A stretch of DNA of 31,542 nt from the IMG/VR virus record IMGVR_UViG_2711768060_000013, positions 1-31,542 of that record. The stretch is one strand, 5' to 3'. Positions 17,977 to 26,448 of the stretch are shown piece after piece. Every line of letters begins with the position of its first letter. Within the stretch, counting starts at the first letter, position 1. This DNA is from a virus. Taxonomy: Duplodnaviria; Heunggongvirae; Uroviricota; Caudoviricetes. The notes below the pieces were generated by a model. That model was not told the origin of the DNA. It searched no databases and saw nothing but the letters and a program-made list of their open reading frames with translations. The position numbers and the translations under genes are program-made.

Positions 17977-19540
17977 GACCGGTGTCCCCCAGCGCACGCG
18001 CCTTAAAGCACACCTCCGCCAGTTGCAGGGCAAAGTCGTCCGCGTTCAGCGTTTCCTGAAGCTCAGGCAGGCGTTTCAGAAAGTCATCAAAACTGTCGCA
18101 TTCCTGCGCCAGTGTCAGCACCGGGTTCGTGAACGCTTCGCCGGTTTTCTGCCAGTCACGCAGGGCATCATCCACCATCAGCGCCAGTTCGTCGGAGTGT
18201 TCACGGTTCAGGGCGACGCGCTCGCGGTTCATCGCCATATCACCTGACATTCCGGCAGAAACCGGATGCAGAACATCAGCCCCTTCGTCCGGTTCAGCCA
18301 GGCCGAACCGGTCCCGCAGCTCCGATTCCTGAACACGCATCCCCCGGTCAATCAGCGGCACCAGGGCATCTGTCAGCGCCTTCAGATCTTCTGCTTCACT
18401 GATACGCAGAACAACACGGGGGTAGTGCGCCTGTGGCCCGTAGTTGGCCTCGATATAGGGACGCACCAGATATTCATTCAGCGTGTTAGCCAGTTGCCGC
18501 GCGTCCCAGCGCACAATGTCCATACGCACCTGATTGTGCACGTCCGCCTGTGAACGCGAACTGCCGTTATCCGTGGTCATGGTCTGCCCCAGCACAGCCT
18601 TACTGATTTGCGCATCGCACCATTCCGCCATTTCACGGAACAGTGCGCCGCCGTTATTCCGGCTGGCGGTTTCCTGCATCTCCAGTTGCATGGACTGCGG
18701 AATGGCACACCCGGCATCCGAGGCAATGGAGGCAATTGCATCAATCAGCACGCGGATTTGCTCCTCCGTGGCATTGGGGCCGTATTTCCCCACCGTGACC
18801 GGAATACCGAACTTCTCCGCGAACGCCCACCAGTCACGCACGGTATAGGATTTCAGCATGTACATCACCGCCACCAGACGGGCCAGACCGTTACGCAGCG
18901 GCAGACCGGATTTCAGACGCGGCTGGTGAACAATGAATTTTCCCGGTGTCAGCGGTACGCCATCCACCGGTTCATCGTCAGTCAGCAGGCGGAACTGGCG
19001 CAGCGTGGGTTTTTCGGCTTTCAGAAAACGGGGATCAACCCACTCATAATCACGGGGCATCCAGTGGTTGTTGCGGGTGTTCCACAGAATTTCACAGACC
19101 GCCACCCCTTTCCCCAGCCCGTCGAGCAGATCAAACAACAGCTCGGGGATTTGCGGGGCTTCCATCAGTGCACGGATGGCGTCCGCCAGTTGCACGTCAG
19201 CATCGTCATCACTGGCGGCCACCACCACCGGTTCGATACCCGCCACCGTCAGCTTGCGGGTGCGCAGCACCGAGGCGTAATGCAAATCGCGCTCTTCCAT
19301 CTCTTCAGCAAGGATAAAAAAATCACGCGTGATGCCGTCGGCGGCATTGCGCAGAATGCCTGCCAGCCTGCCGGGGTTCAGCCCGGAGGCGACGCTGATA
19401 CCCGGCGAGGCCGAACGCACACCGGCATGACGCGGACGGGCCTGTGCTTCGTTGAGCGCCTCTTTTTTCAGCGTGTCTTCCTCACCGGTTGCCGGGTTCA
19501 GCAGACGGCGAACGGCCCCGGCCAGTTGTTTCAGGTTCAC
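17969..19540 (-). CDS. H: portal protein (Mu H-like, gp29, DUF935)
   Basis: ORF track, 523 aa, ATGA overlap with the terminase gene, recognised family. Confidence 0.9.
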   Translation of the reverse strand: MNLKQLAGAVRRLLNPATGEEDTLKKEALNEAQARPRHAGVRSASPGISVASGLNPGRLAGILRNAADGITRDFFILAEEMEERDLHYASVLRTRKLTVAGIEPVVVAASDDDADVQLADAIRALMEAPQIPELLFDLLDGLGKGVAVCEILWNTRNNHWMPRDYEWVDPRFLKAEKPTLRQFRLLTDDEPVDGVPLTPGKFIVHQPRLKSGLPLRNGLARLVAVMYMLKSYTVRDWWAFAEKFGIPVTVGKYGPNATEEQIRVLIDAIASIASDAGCAIPQSMQLEMQETASRNNGGALFREMAEWCDAQISKAVLGQTMTTDNGSSRSQADVHNQVRMDIVRWDARQLANTLNEYLVRPYIEANYGPQAHYPRVVLRISEAEDLKALTDALVPLIDRGMRVQESELRDRFGLAEPDEGADVLHPVSAGMSGDMAMNRERVALNREHSDELALMVDDALRDWQKTGEAFTNPVLTLAQECDSFDDFLKRLPELQETLNADDFALQLAEVCFKARALGDTGHA

Positions 19541-21120
19541 AGTAAACCTCCCTCATTTTTCAGGCCGCGCGTCAGCTTCATCTGGCGGCGCGCGTTGCGT
19601 TCTTCCGGTTTCGCCGGGCGGTTCAGGCGGTGCAGCTCGTAACGGCGGCAGTCTTCTTTACTGGCAAGAAACGCCAGGAAGATGGCATAGGCGCTGTCAC
19701 CGTGACGTTTATGACCATCACTGCCAGTCTTCTCCCTGTCATCAATTCCGGGAGTACCGCGCAGGATGACGATCTGCCCGAGGTCACTAATGACATCTTC
19801 ATGTTTAGGCAGAATCAGCTCGTCATCCTCAAAGGCTGATTTAAATCGGGGCATATTCTCCCGATAGTGCCCGACAGAAGGCATAACCACTTCGACCTCA
19901 TCGCCATAACGTTCAGCAGCCTGTTCAGCCAGGTAGTTGCCGTTCCCACGTCCATCAAGTTTGATACCATCTCTGCGGGGAAGGCGATCACAGATAAAGA
20001 AAAGCGCCTGCTCCTGTTGCTTGTACGGTACGTTTGCAAGTTCGACTAAAAAGGGGACGGTGCGTGTGGTGTCATCGTTAACCGTCATCGGTGCAAAGAC
20101 GGTGAGGTGACCAGATCGGGCAAAGTCTTCTCCCAGACAGTGGCGAAGGTTTTGCGGCAACTTATTCAGTTCGGGGAGTACAACACGCTCAAGCCAGTCC
20201 CGCATATCCAGTGCCCTGATGCCTTCAGGTGTTGCATTGAATTCTGTCGAGCCGGTGAAGCGCAGGACAGGCCCGGAACCTCGCGCCGCTCGTTCACAAA
20301 TGGAACGAGCCAGATAAGTACCTCCGCCGTTCTTCGGCTCGCAGTAGTATTCCTCGCGGGCATCTTCTTCAGTCGCGGTGTCATTCAGCAGATTGTTCAG
20401 CCATTCAGCCTCGGCTGCTGACGACCATGTCTGTCGGGTGACCTGGCAGATTCGCTTATAAAGCCCCTCAGTGATAGCCAGTTCTATATCAATGCGGTGT
20501 ACCGAGTAACGGCGTTTTCCGGCGCGACTTTCAGTTATGAGCGTATTGAAGAGGTTCTCAATGCCGTTATGGGTGGAGATAATCCTGACTTTACTGCCCC
20601 ACATGGTCAGCGCCAGTGCCGCCTTCAGTAACGCGGCAAGGTCGACCTGAAAGGCCGCCTCATCAATAATGACGTTACCCTGCATACCACGCAGGTTGGA
20701 CGGATTAGAGGACAGCGCCTTAATTTTAAAACCGCTGGCAAAGTTAATGACATAAACCAGTATGTCCTTGTCTTCATCTTTGAGAACTTCTTCCCCAATA
20801 TCGGATGCTGCCCAGTCGTAAGCTTTGGCCCACATGGCGCAGGCATCAATAAACTCGCGCGCCATGTCTTTGGTCGTGCCGACATAGAAAGTATCGCAAC
20901 CGCCTGCCTCTCTCGACATTGAGCCATTCAGGGCAGCATCAGCAGCTTCTGCCCAGGTTAATCCAGTACGACGCGACTTTTCGCCGATTTTTATTTGGGC
21001 TGTATCAGCAATCCAGCGGCGCTGGTAGGGCAAAAGTACCTGGTCCTGATCAAACTCACCAGCAAGAATTGCCGCAGCGGATGCGCTGTTCAGTACACTG
21101 TTTTTAACCATATCAACCAT
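19537..21120 (-). CDS. terminase large subunit (Mu gp28-like)
   Basis: ORF track, 527 aa, TAATG overlap with the upstream gene, recognised family. Confidence 0.9.
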   Translation of the reverse strand: MVDMVKNSVLNSASAAAILAGEFDQDQVLLPYQRRWIADTAQIKIGEKSRRTGLTWAEAADAALNGSMSREAGGCDTFYVGTTKDMAREFIDACAMWAKAYDWAASDIGEEVLKDEDKDILVYVINFASGFKIKALSSNPSNLRGMQGNVIIDEAAFQVDLAALLKAALALTMWGSKVRIISTHNGIENLFNTLITESRAGKRRYSVHRIDIELAITEGLYKRICQVTRQTWSSAAEAEWLNNLLNDTATEEDAREEYYCEPKNGGGTYLARSICERAARGSGPVLRFTGSTEFNATPEGIRALDMRDWLERVVLPELNKLPQNLRHCLGEDFARSGHLTVFAPMTVNDDTTRTVPFLVELANVPYKQQEQALFFICDRLPRRDGIKLDGRGNGNYLAEQAAERYGDEVEVVMPSVGHYRENMPRFKSAFEDDELILPKHEDVISDLGQIVILRGTPGIDDREKTGSDGHKRHGDSAYAIFLAFLASKEDCRRYELHRLNRPAKPEERNARRQMKLTRGLKNEGGLL

Positions 21121-21698
21121 TACGCTATACCCAAGATCTGGCGGCGGATATCAGCTGCGGTTTCCGCGGAAAGCCCCGCCTGTTTGGTAATTTTCTCCAG
21201 TTGTGCAGCCGCCTCTTCAGCAAAGGCCTGGCGAATCTCTTTCTCCCGCTTATGGCTGGTCATGGCTGCCGCTTCCAGACGCTGGGCAACCAGCGCCAGT
21301 TGCCCCAGCGCCTTCGGTGCAACGGGCTTGTCGTCTTCTGCCATCGACATGGACGTTTCAAAAGCCAGCGTTTTTACAAACTCCATCAGCAGCTTGCCAA
21401 CGTCTGACGTCGGCGCGGAACCCAGCTTTGCCGCCCAGACTTCGGCCATTTCGCGGGAGGCACGGATTTTTGCCCCGACTTTTTCCATGCGGATGGCATA
21501 GCGGTTTAAGCCCGTCCGGCTTAACTGCATCTCTTCCGGCAGGTTGTGTTCGTCAATCAGGGCGTTGATGGCTTCGCGGATTTCTTCCTGCGTGTGCCGC
21601 TTTTCCCGCAGCATCTGATGCAACTGCTCCCGGATGCTGTCAGGGAGTAAATCCACTTTGGAAAGACGGCCACGGGTGGGGCGTTGTTCATTTTCCAT
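21120..21698 (-). CDS. Mu gp27-like protein (DUF3486), putative terminase small subunit
   Basis: ORF track; start moved to ATG at 21696-21698 with AGGAGGG 6 nt upstream. Confidence 0.7.
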   Translation of the reverse strand: MENEQRPTRGRLSKVDLLPDSIREQLHQMLREKRHTQEEIREAINALIDEHNLPEEMQLSRTGLNRYAIRMEKVGAKIRASREMAEVWAAKLGSAPTSDVGKLLMEFVKTLAFETSMSMAEDDKPVAPKALGQLALVAQRLEAAAMTSHKREKEIRQAFAEEAAAQLEKITKQAGLSAETAADIRRQILGIA

Positions 21699-21835
21699 GT
21701 GTGCCCTCCTGTTGCTCACTACGCTGTAAACTTTCGTATGCAGATTTCAGTGCGCCGCTCTGGATTTCCCGCCATGTCAGGTTGTGCGCCAGACGGCGGA
21801 GTTCATCACGGGACGCTTTACTTATCGGATTCTTT

Positions 21836-22135
21836 TTACGGTTCACGACGGCCCCCGTCTTCAGTTCCCGGTGTTTTCAGACCGGCGTATATTTCTTCGC
21901 GAACGGAGCGGATATCCTTACCCAGCAGCTTCCACAGCCGCGCACATGCCGGTGATGAACGCAGGGCACGTTTCATGGGGGTATCCGGTGCATCCGGGTT
22001 CCAGGGCTTTCCGGTCTGTTGTTCGTATGCACGGACAATGGCGTTTTGCTCAATATCTGCCAGCACAAGGCAGTACGCCAGTTGCCGCACGACGGCCCGT
22101 TCTCCGCGACTTAACGGCTTCAGTTTTCGGGCCAT
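21836..22135 (-). CDS. hypothetical protein (99 aa)
   Basis: ORF track; GAGGGA Shine-Dalgarno; start 2 nt after the upstream stop. Confidence 0.5.
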   Translation of the reverse strand: MARKLKPLSRGERAVVRQLAYCLVLADIEQNAIVRAYEQQTGKPWNPDAPDTPMKRALRSSPACARLWKLLGKDIRSVREEIYAGLKTPGTEDGGRREP

Positions 22136-22137
22136 GC

Positions 22138-22431
22138 TCAGTCCCTCGCACGGGGTTTTTTAACGCCCGGAACGCTGGACAGGCCGTTTGCCACATCCTC
22201 ACCGCTGCCGGTGATTTCAGCCACGTAACAGCCGCCCACATCAGACAGACGAACCAGCCCCTGCTCGCGAAGCCATGCAAGCTGGGTGCGCACCACATCA
22301 CGGGATACCTTATGACCGTAGGCCTGAAGGCAGGTCTGCAACACGGATTCATTCGCGCTGTCGCCACAGTCCAGCAGGGAACGCAGCAACACCAGACGAC
22401 GGTCTTCAGTGAGGATCTCTTTCATCGCCAT
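22138..22431 (-). CDS. hypothetical protein (97 aa), possible winged-helix DNA-binding protein
   Basis: ORF track; TAATG coupling to the upstream gene. Confidence 0.5.
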   Translation of the reverse strand: MAMKEILTEDRRLVLLRSLLDCGDSANESVLQTCLQAYGHKVSRDVVRTQLAWLREQGLVRLSDVGGCYVAEITGSGEDVANGLSSVPGVKKPRARD

Positions 22432-22736
22432 TAATTTTTTTCCTTTAACTCATTCTCTAATAACAAATCGCTGATGCGGGATACCTGGCGGATGGATGGC
22501 CCCAGTTCCTTGATTTCTCCCCTCAGGTTGCTGATATCCAGTTGCAGGCGGTGGAACTCATCACGATCAGGTAGCTGATGCACCTGGCTTTCCATCACCG
22601 ATACACGGGAACGCAACAAATCAAACTCTTCGCGTTTGACGTAGGTCTTCGCCAGAATCAACTGAAGCAGGTTTATTCCTGTCATCAGCAATGCCCACAG
22701 AATGGGCCAGTTGGCTCTGATCATTTCCCAGGACAC
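22431..22736 (-). CDS. membrane-anchored coiled-coil protein (N-terminal TM helix, DUF2730-like)
   Basis: ORF track, 101 aa, hydrophobic N-terminus followed by a heptad-like region. Confidence 0.55.
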   Translation of the reverse strand: MSWEMIRANWPILWALLMTGINLLQLILAKTYVKREEFDLLRSRVSVMESQVHQLPDRDEFHRLQLDISNLRGEIKELGPSIRQVSRISDLLLENELKEKN

Positions 22737-22948
22737 GATTTCCTCCTGTGTTCCCGTATCTGCTGACAGTCAATACAGGTCACCACATCCGGCAGCGCCG
22801 CAAGGCGCTGTGCCGGAATAACGTTCCCGCAGTCATTGCAGAAGCCCCGGCTGTGGGGCGCTTCTTTTGTCCGCGTCTGCCAGGCTTTAACGACGCTCTG
22901 ACGTTCGTTCAGAACCACTTCACTGATGCGGTCGATTTCGTCGGTCAT
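22721..22948 (-). CDS. TraR/DksA-family C4 zinc-finger protein
   Basis: ORF track, 75 aa, CxxC-(N17)-CxxC motif (CNDCG...CIDCQ). Confidence 0.7.
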   Translation of the reverse strand: MTDEIDRISEVVLNERQSVVKAWQTRTKEAPHSRGFCNDCGNVIPAQRLAALPDVVTCIDCQQIREHRRKSCPGK

Positions 22949-23553
22949 TTCGGCCCCGCAGACATTTTGTGACGGCTTGATTTGCTGTAACGGGCAAAAC
23001 CGTCAAGGGTTCTTACGCCGAGATAGCCCAGCGCCGGGGTAAGCAACATCAGCGTGATATCCCAGTCCGGTGACGGCATATGCAGCGAGATACCTTTGGC
23101 ACCGGCAATGGCTCCGGCAATCTGACCGCAGGAGAGCAACAGCACATAGGCCAGACTGCTGTAACAGGAAAGGCGGGCCAGCAGCGGGCGCGTCTGGCGC
23201 ACATAGCTGTCCGTGGCGTTGTCACCATTGCGGATGGTTTCCTGCTGTTCGTGGTGTGCGGCCTGCTGGTCAGCCAGCACCAGCTTCTGCCGTTCCACCT
23301 CCAGCTGTTGCAGCTGAATTTTCAGAGTTTCCAGCTGCATCAGTTGCTCCGGTGACAACATCACCAGCTTTTGTTCCAGAATGCGTTGCTGTTCAGCCAC
23401 CGGCAGGCTTTCCCGGACGCTTTCCACCATACCGGCCACCGAGTCAGCGGCGGCAGATGTGCTACCACCAAACCAGCGCCCGACGGAACGAATCAGCCCC
23501 GGCCCGGCTTTCAGCAGAACAGAGGCGATGCCTGAAAGGGTTAACGGATCCAC
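22945..23553 (-). CDS. putative holin-like membrane protein (N-terminal coiled coil, C-terminal TM segments)
   Basis: ORF track frame; start moved to GTG at 23551-23553 with a perfect GGAGG 7 nt upstream, which removes the 162-nt overlap with the upstream gene. Confidence 0.5.
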   Translation of the reverse strand: MDPLTLSGIASVLLKAGPGLIRSVGRWFGGSTSAAADSVAGMVESVRESLPVAEQQRILEQKLVMLSPEQLMQLETLKIQLQQLEVERQKLVLADQQAAHHEQQETIRNGDNATDSYVRQTRPLLARLSCYSSLAYVLLLSCGQIAGAIAGAKGISLHMPSPDWDITLMLLTPALGYLGVRTLDGFARYSKSSRHKMSAGPK

Positions 23554-23966
23554 GGGAAACCTCCATACAGATAACGCTGAAAACAGAGCAGACCGCCGCA
23601 ACTGCCACCACACAGCCAGAACACCGGATGCACCGGTGACATCATCATCAGCGTGCTGAAGACGCAGCAGAAATATCCCAGCGCCCAGACCACCCATGAC
23701 CACACGATGATGTGGCGACCAAAAGCCCGGTAACGGACCTCAGGCAGCAGGCGAAATGGCACATTCCCGAGGCTTGCGCTGTATGAAAACAACACCACCC
23801 CGGCAAAGGACAACAACATCAACACGAACGATCGCCAGCCACATAACATGCTGATGATGAACATGCAGAGTGTCAGTCCGGCCAGTGGCCATGGCGTTCT
23901 CATCAGTCGGGAACAAATCAGCCAGTCACACAGTTTTAAAATTTTGTTCATTACCTTTTTCCACAT
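23541..23966 (-). CDS. multi-pass membrane protein, Cys-rich; possible lysis-associated protein
   Basis: ORF track frame; start moved to ATG at 23964-23966 (MWKKVMNKIL...); hydrophobic segments throughout. Confidence 0.45.
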   Translation of the reverse strand: MWKKVMNKILKLCDWLICSRLMRTPWPLAGLTLCMFIISMLCGWRSFVLMLLSFAGVVLFSYSASLGNVPFRLLPEVRYRAFGRHIIVWSWVVWALGYFCCVFSTLMMMSPVHPVFWLCGGSCGGLLCFQRYLYGGFPWIR

Positions 23967-24177
23967 TGAATTTTTCCCTGTACTTCTGGCACTGCCAGAA
24001 AATGTCCCGTGTATCCACGGAGTTCCAGCCACGCATGTAGTAGCTGGCGTGTGTGCCGTCATGGCCGGTGTAGTCCACCGGTTTCGGGGGCGGACCTCCG
24101 GCCATGCGGTGTAAAACCTCCTGGCGCAGGCGGTCACGCCGCCCGGCTTTCAGTGAGGCGTCCCAGCCTTTGCCCAT
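23926..24177 (-). CDS. hypothetical protein (83 aa) immediately after the endolysin
   Basis: ORF track; ATG directly downstream of a G8 tract; in the -1 frame relative to the endolysin. Confidence 0.45.
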   Translation of the reverse strand: MGKGWDASLKAGRRDRLRQEVLHRMAGGPPPKPVDYTGHDGTHASYYMRGWNSVDTRDIFWQCQKYREKFNVEKGNEQNFKTV

Positions 24178-24767
24178 ATCCCCCCCCGCGTGGTGGACGG
24201 CGCGTTGTCGATAATTTCCAGACAGGCGTCGGTCAGTTTTTCCATGCGGTTAAACCAGCCGTTCAGGTATTTACCCTGGGCGGGTTTTGACTTGATGATG
24301 TCGGCATAAAAGCGGGAACGACGGACAATGCAGCGGGTCAGCAACCAGTCCGGGGTGGACAGGCTCACGGCCTTACGGGTACACGGGCCGATGATGCCGT
24401 CAGCATCCACATCAGCGGCTTCCTGCAAAATTCTGATGGCTTTTTTAACGCCATGCTGAACCGCCGCATCGAACACAAACATCGCCACGCCATCAGGCCA
24501 CTGGTCACATCCGGCAGGCAGCCAGTAATCACGCAGGTAAATCTGTGCGGCCTGTTCGCGGGTTAAATCTTTGATGCGGGTATCCGGTTTACCGTCACCG
24601 TTGACATCGGTTTTGCCGTCAATCACACCGTCGCGGCGGTCAGAAATGCCGTATTTGGTTTCGCCGCCACGGTCAGTGGGGTCATTGACATAGACGCCTT
24701 CGATATCAGGACGCAGAATGAAATTCAGCGCATGTTCAAAGGCCGGGGAGAATTTTTGATTTTCCAT
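24150..24767 (-). CDS. endolysin, GH108-type N-terminal domain plus PG_binding_3-like domain; no SAR/TM segment
   Basis: ORF track, 205 aa; EGVYVNDPTDRGGETKYGI motif typical of GH108; AGGTG 6 nt upstream of the ATG. Confidence 0.8.
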   Translation of the reverse strand: MENQKFSPAFEHALNFILRPDIEGVYVNDPTDRGGETKYGISDRRDGVIDGKTDVNGDGKPDTRIKDLTREQAAQIYLRDYWLPAGCDQWPDGVAMFVFDAAVQHGVKKAIRILQEAADVDADGIIGPCTRKAVSLSTPDWLLTRCIVRRSRFYADIIKSKPAQGKYLNGWFNRMEKLTDACLEIIDNAPSTTRGGIWAKAGTPH

Positions 24768-24822
24768 AAAAGCACCTGTGAAGCAGATTTAAACGTGGTC
24801 TGCTTCATGGTGCCGGAGGCAT

Positions 24823-24848
24823 AAAAAAAGCCGGATTTACCGGCTTCA
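24823..24848 (-). terminator. intrinsic terminator 8 nt downstream of the mor stop (AAGCCGG-TAAAT-CCGGCTT then T7 on the minus strand); same element as 17047-17072
   Basis: hairpin and U-run read directly from sequence. Confidence 0.6.
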
Positions 24849-24852
24849 TTGA

Positions 24853-25302
24853 TTAAAGGCGTCGTGGCGGACGACGAACGGGGTGAGGCAGGTTCGGGGA
24901 GGGGTAAAACAAATCCGGCTGGTATTTATTACGCTCCAGACGTCGCATCCGTTTGATGGCCTTGTAGACGGTTTTATACGTCACTCCGTAACGCTGAACC
25001 AGTTCAGGAATATTATGGCCGTTAAAATCACGCCAGATACGCATATCCCGGACAAGATTCTCCAGAATATTCCCCCTCGGAACATAAACCTGCATCCCGC
25101 CGATATGGCGACAAATCGCCACAACCAGCTCAAGGGAATGAACAGGGTCTGCGCCAATCCGGGCCAGCTCTTTACGCAGCAGTGCGTTCAGTTCAGAAAG
25201 TAACGCCGGATAAGCGGTGTTTTCCTGGTAATCATGAAGATATTCCAGAACGCTGTCGTCCCGGAGGTCTTCGAATAAATCCTGCTCTTTCATCTGTTTC
25301 AT
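24853..25302 (-). CDS. mor: Mor/C-family transcriptional activator (Mor-like, 149 aa)
   Basis: ORF track; sequence recognised as Mor-like (DLF.DL.DD..L..L......PALL.EL..LLR.EL...G.DP.HSLE.VVAIC.H.GG.QVY.PRG...L.RD.RIW.DFNG.N..EL...YGVT..TVYKAI.RMRRL); follows gemA. Confidence 0.85.
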   Translation of the reverse strand: MKQMKEQDLFEDLRDDSVLEYLHDYQENTAYPALLSELNALLRKELARIGADPVHSLELVVAICRHIGGMQVYVPRGNILENLVRDMRIWRDFNGHNIPELVQRYGVTYKTVYKAIKRMRRLERNKYQPDLFYPSPNLPHPVRRPPRRL

Positions 25303-25847
25303 ACAGCAATTCTCCCGCTGTTTCGTGCGCGGGCATACGCACTGGTCAGTGCATCATAGCCGCGCAGTTCCCGCCCGGATGGGCTTACAGGTAAAGGCAC
25401 ACCATGTCGGGCAAAGGCTTCACGGATGCAGCGCATGTGCCACTGTTTGAGCGTTTCGAGCACAACCTGCAACGATTCCCCGTGACACCAGGCCAGTGTG
25501 GAAACACCCTGACCGCCATTACGTCTGGCCGTCAGGCGCTCAACGTATTTGTCCAGCGCGGCGTCGCTGATATCGGAAACGAAACCATCAAGGAACATCT
25601 GCTGCCAGATTTTGTAAATCTTCTCGCGTGGTGTGACATGCCCCTTAAAGCGACGGCGGGGATGTTTTTTCTGCTTCTTAAAACCGCGCTCTTTCATGGC
25701 ATCGAGCACACGTTCCAGTTGTGCAACGGACAGCTCGCGGCAACTGGTCTTGCCCGTGCACTGCACCAGAAAGGCGCGGTAAGTGTCATCGTCGAGTTGT
25801 AGATCACGACGAGCGACATGAATTAATTTAATAAGCGATGCGCGCAT
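25299..25847 (-). CDS. gemA: GemA-like protein (Mu gp16 family, DUF1018)
   Basis: ORF track; start moved to ATG at 25845-25847 (MRASLIKLIHVARR...) with GGAGA 8 nt upstream; recognised family. Confidence 0.8.
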   Translation of the reverse strand: MRASLIKLIHVARRDLQLDDDTYRAFLVQCTGKTSCRELSVAQLERVLDAMKERGFKKQKKHPRRRFKGHVTPREKIYKIWQQMFLDGFVSDISDAALDKYVERLTARRNGGQGVSTLAWCHGESLQVVLETLKQWHMRCIREAFARHGVPLPVSPSGRELRGYDALTSAYARARNSGRIAV

Positions 25848-25913
25848 GATGCGTATCTCCATTAAAGCGGTGTTGCAGCACCGCCATTACGTTAAACAAA
25901 AGGAATTACTGAA

Positions 25914-26156
25914 ATGTCTGAATCCACCAAAGATAAAAATTATGACTTTGCAGCATTTTCTCTTGCTGGTAATACCCTCATAAAACTCGTTGAAAAGGGC
26001 GTCATTGATATTCGCGATGCCAAAGATGTTATTGACCGAACACGGGCAACCAACAAATTCGGCAGTTCGCTCAAGTGCGATGTCATTGGCTCTCCTGCTG
26101 AGGACTGTATAGATTCTCTTTTTCTGAAACTTTGGGATTCAAAACCGTTGAAATAA
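25914..26156 (+). CDS. opposite-strand small ORF (80 aa) inside the early region; possible moron
   Basis: ORF track; ATG with AAGGA 9 nt upstream; sits in a gap with no minus-strand ORF; AT-rich by eye; 3' end overlaps the minus-strand ORF 26083-26448 by 74 nt. Confidence 0.35.
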   Translation: MSESTKDKNYDFAAFSLAGNTLIKLVEKGVIDIRDAKDVIDRTRATNKFGSSLKCDVIGSPAEDCIDSLFLKLWDSKPLK

Positions 26157-26448
26157 ACAAACAACGCTCATAATCAGCCGTTCTTATAATGGCTAAACCG
26201 TCTACACCAAGCTCACGGCGAACTAATTCGTCATGGGCTTTTTTTTCAAGAAACACAAATTCAGTTTGTAATAATGACAACTCTCGTTTGATAACACTCA
26301 TAATTTCTCCCACCCCCCATTGCTCCTCGATTGCTTTGAACACAATCTCACGCATTCTTAGGGGGACACCCTTTTGCTGACAAAAATCGTCAAATGTCAT
26401 GCCGAAATAATATTCATGATTTTTTTTATTTGTTGTCGTCTTACTCAT
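26083..26448 (-). CDS. hypothetical early protein (121 aa)
   Basis: ORF track; ATGAGTAA start/stop overlap with the upstream gene. Confidence 0.55.
   Translation of the reverse strand: MSKTTTNKKNHEYYFGMTFDDFCQQKGVPLRMREIVFKAIEEQWGVGEIMSVIKRELSLLQTEFVFLEKKAHDELVRRELGVDGLAIIRTADYERCLFISTVLNPKVSEKENLYSPQQESQ

Noticed and set aside
18608-19642. Long plus-strand ORFs of 150-344 aa (for example 18608-19642, 16324-17166, 11000-11746, 7234-7962, 12191-12838)
   Set aside because: Each lies entirely antisense to a strongly supported minus-strand structural gene and has an Arg/His/Cys/Gly-rich low-complexity translation without a convincing start context; these are typical antisense artefacts of GC-rich coding DNA.
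23966-24137. N-terminal 57 codons of the track ORF 23541-24137
   Set aside because: This extension overlaps the ORF 23926-24177 in another frame and is not hydrophobic; the membrane protein more likely starts at the internal ATG at 23966.
24780-24806. Second hairpin (GAAGCAGA, 11-nt loop, TCTGCTTC) between the terminator and the endolysin RBS as an independent regulatory element
   Set aside because: The inverted repeat is real, but without a T-run or transcript mapping I cannot tell whether it is a 5'-UTR structure, an operator or chance; noted but not reported as a feature.
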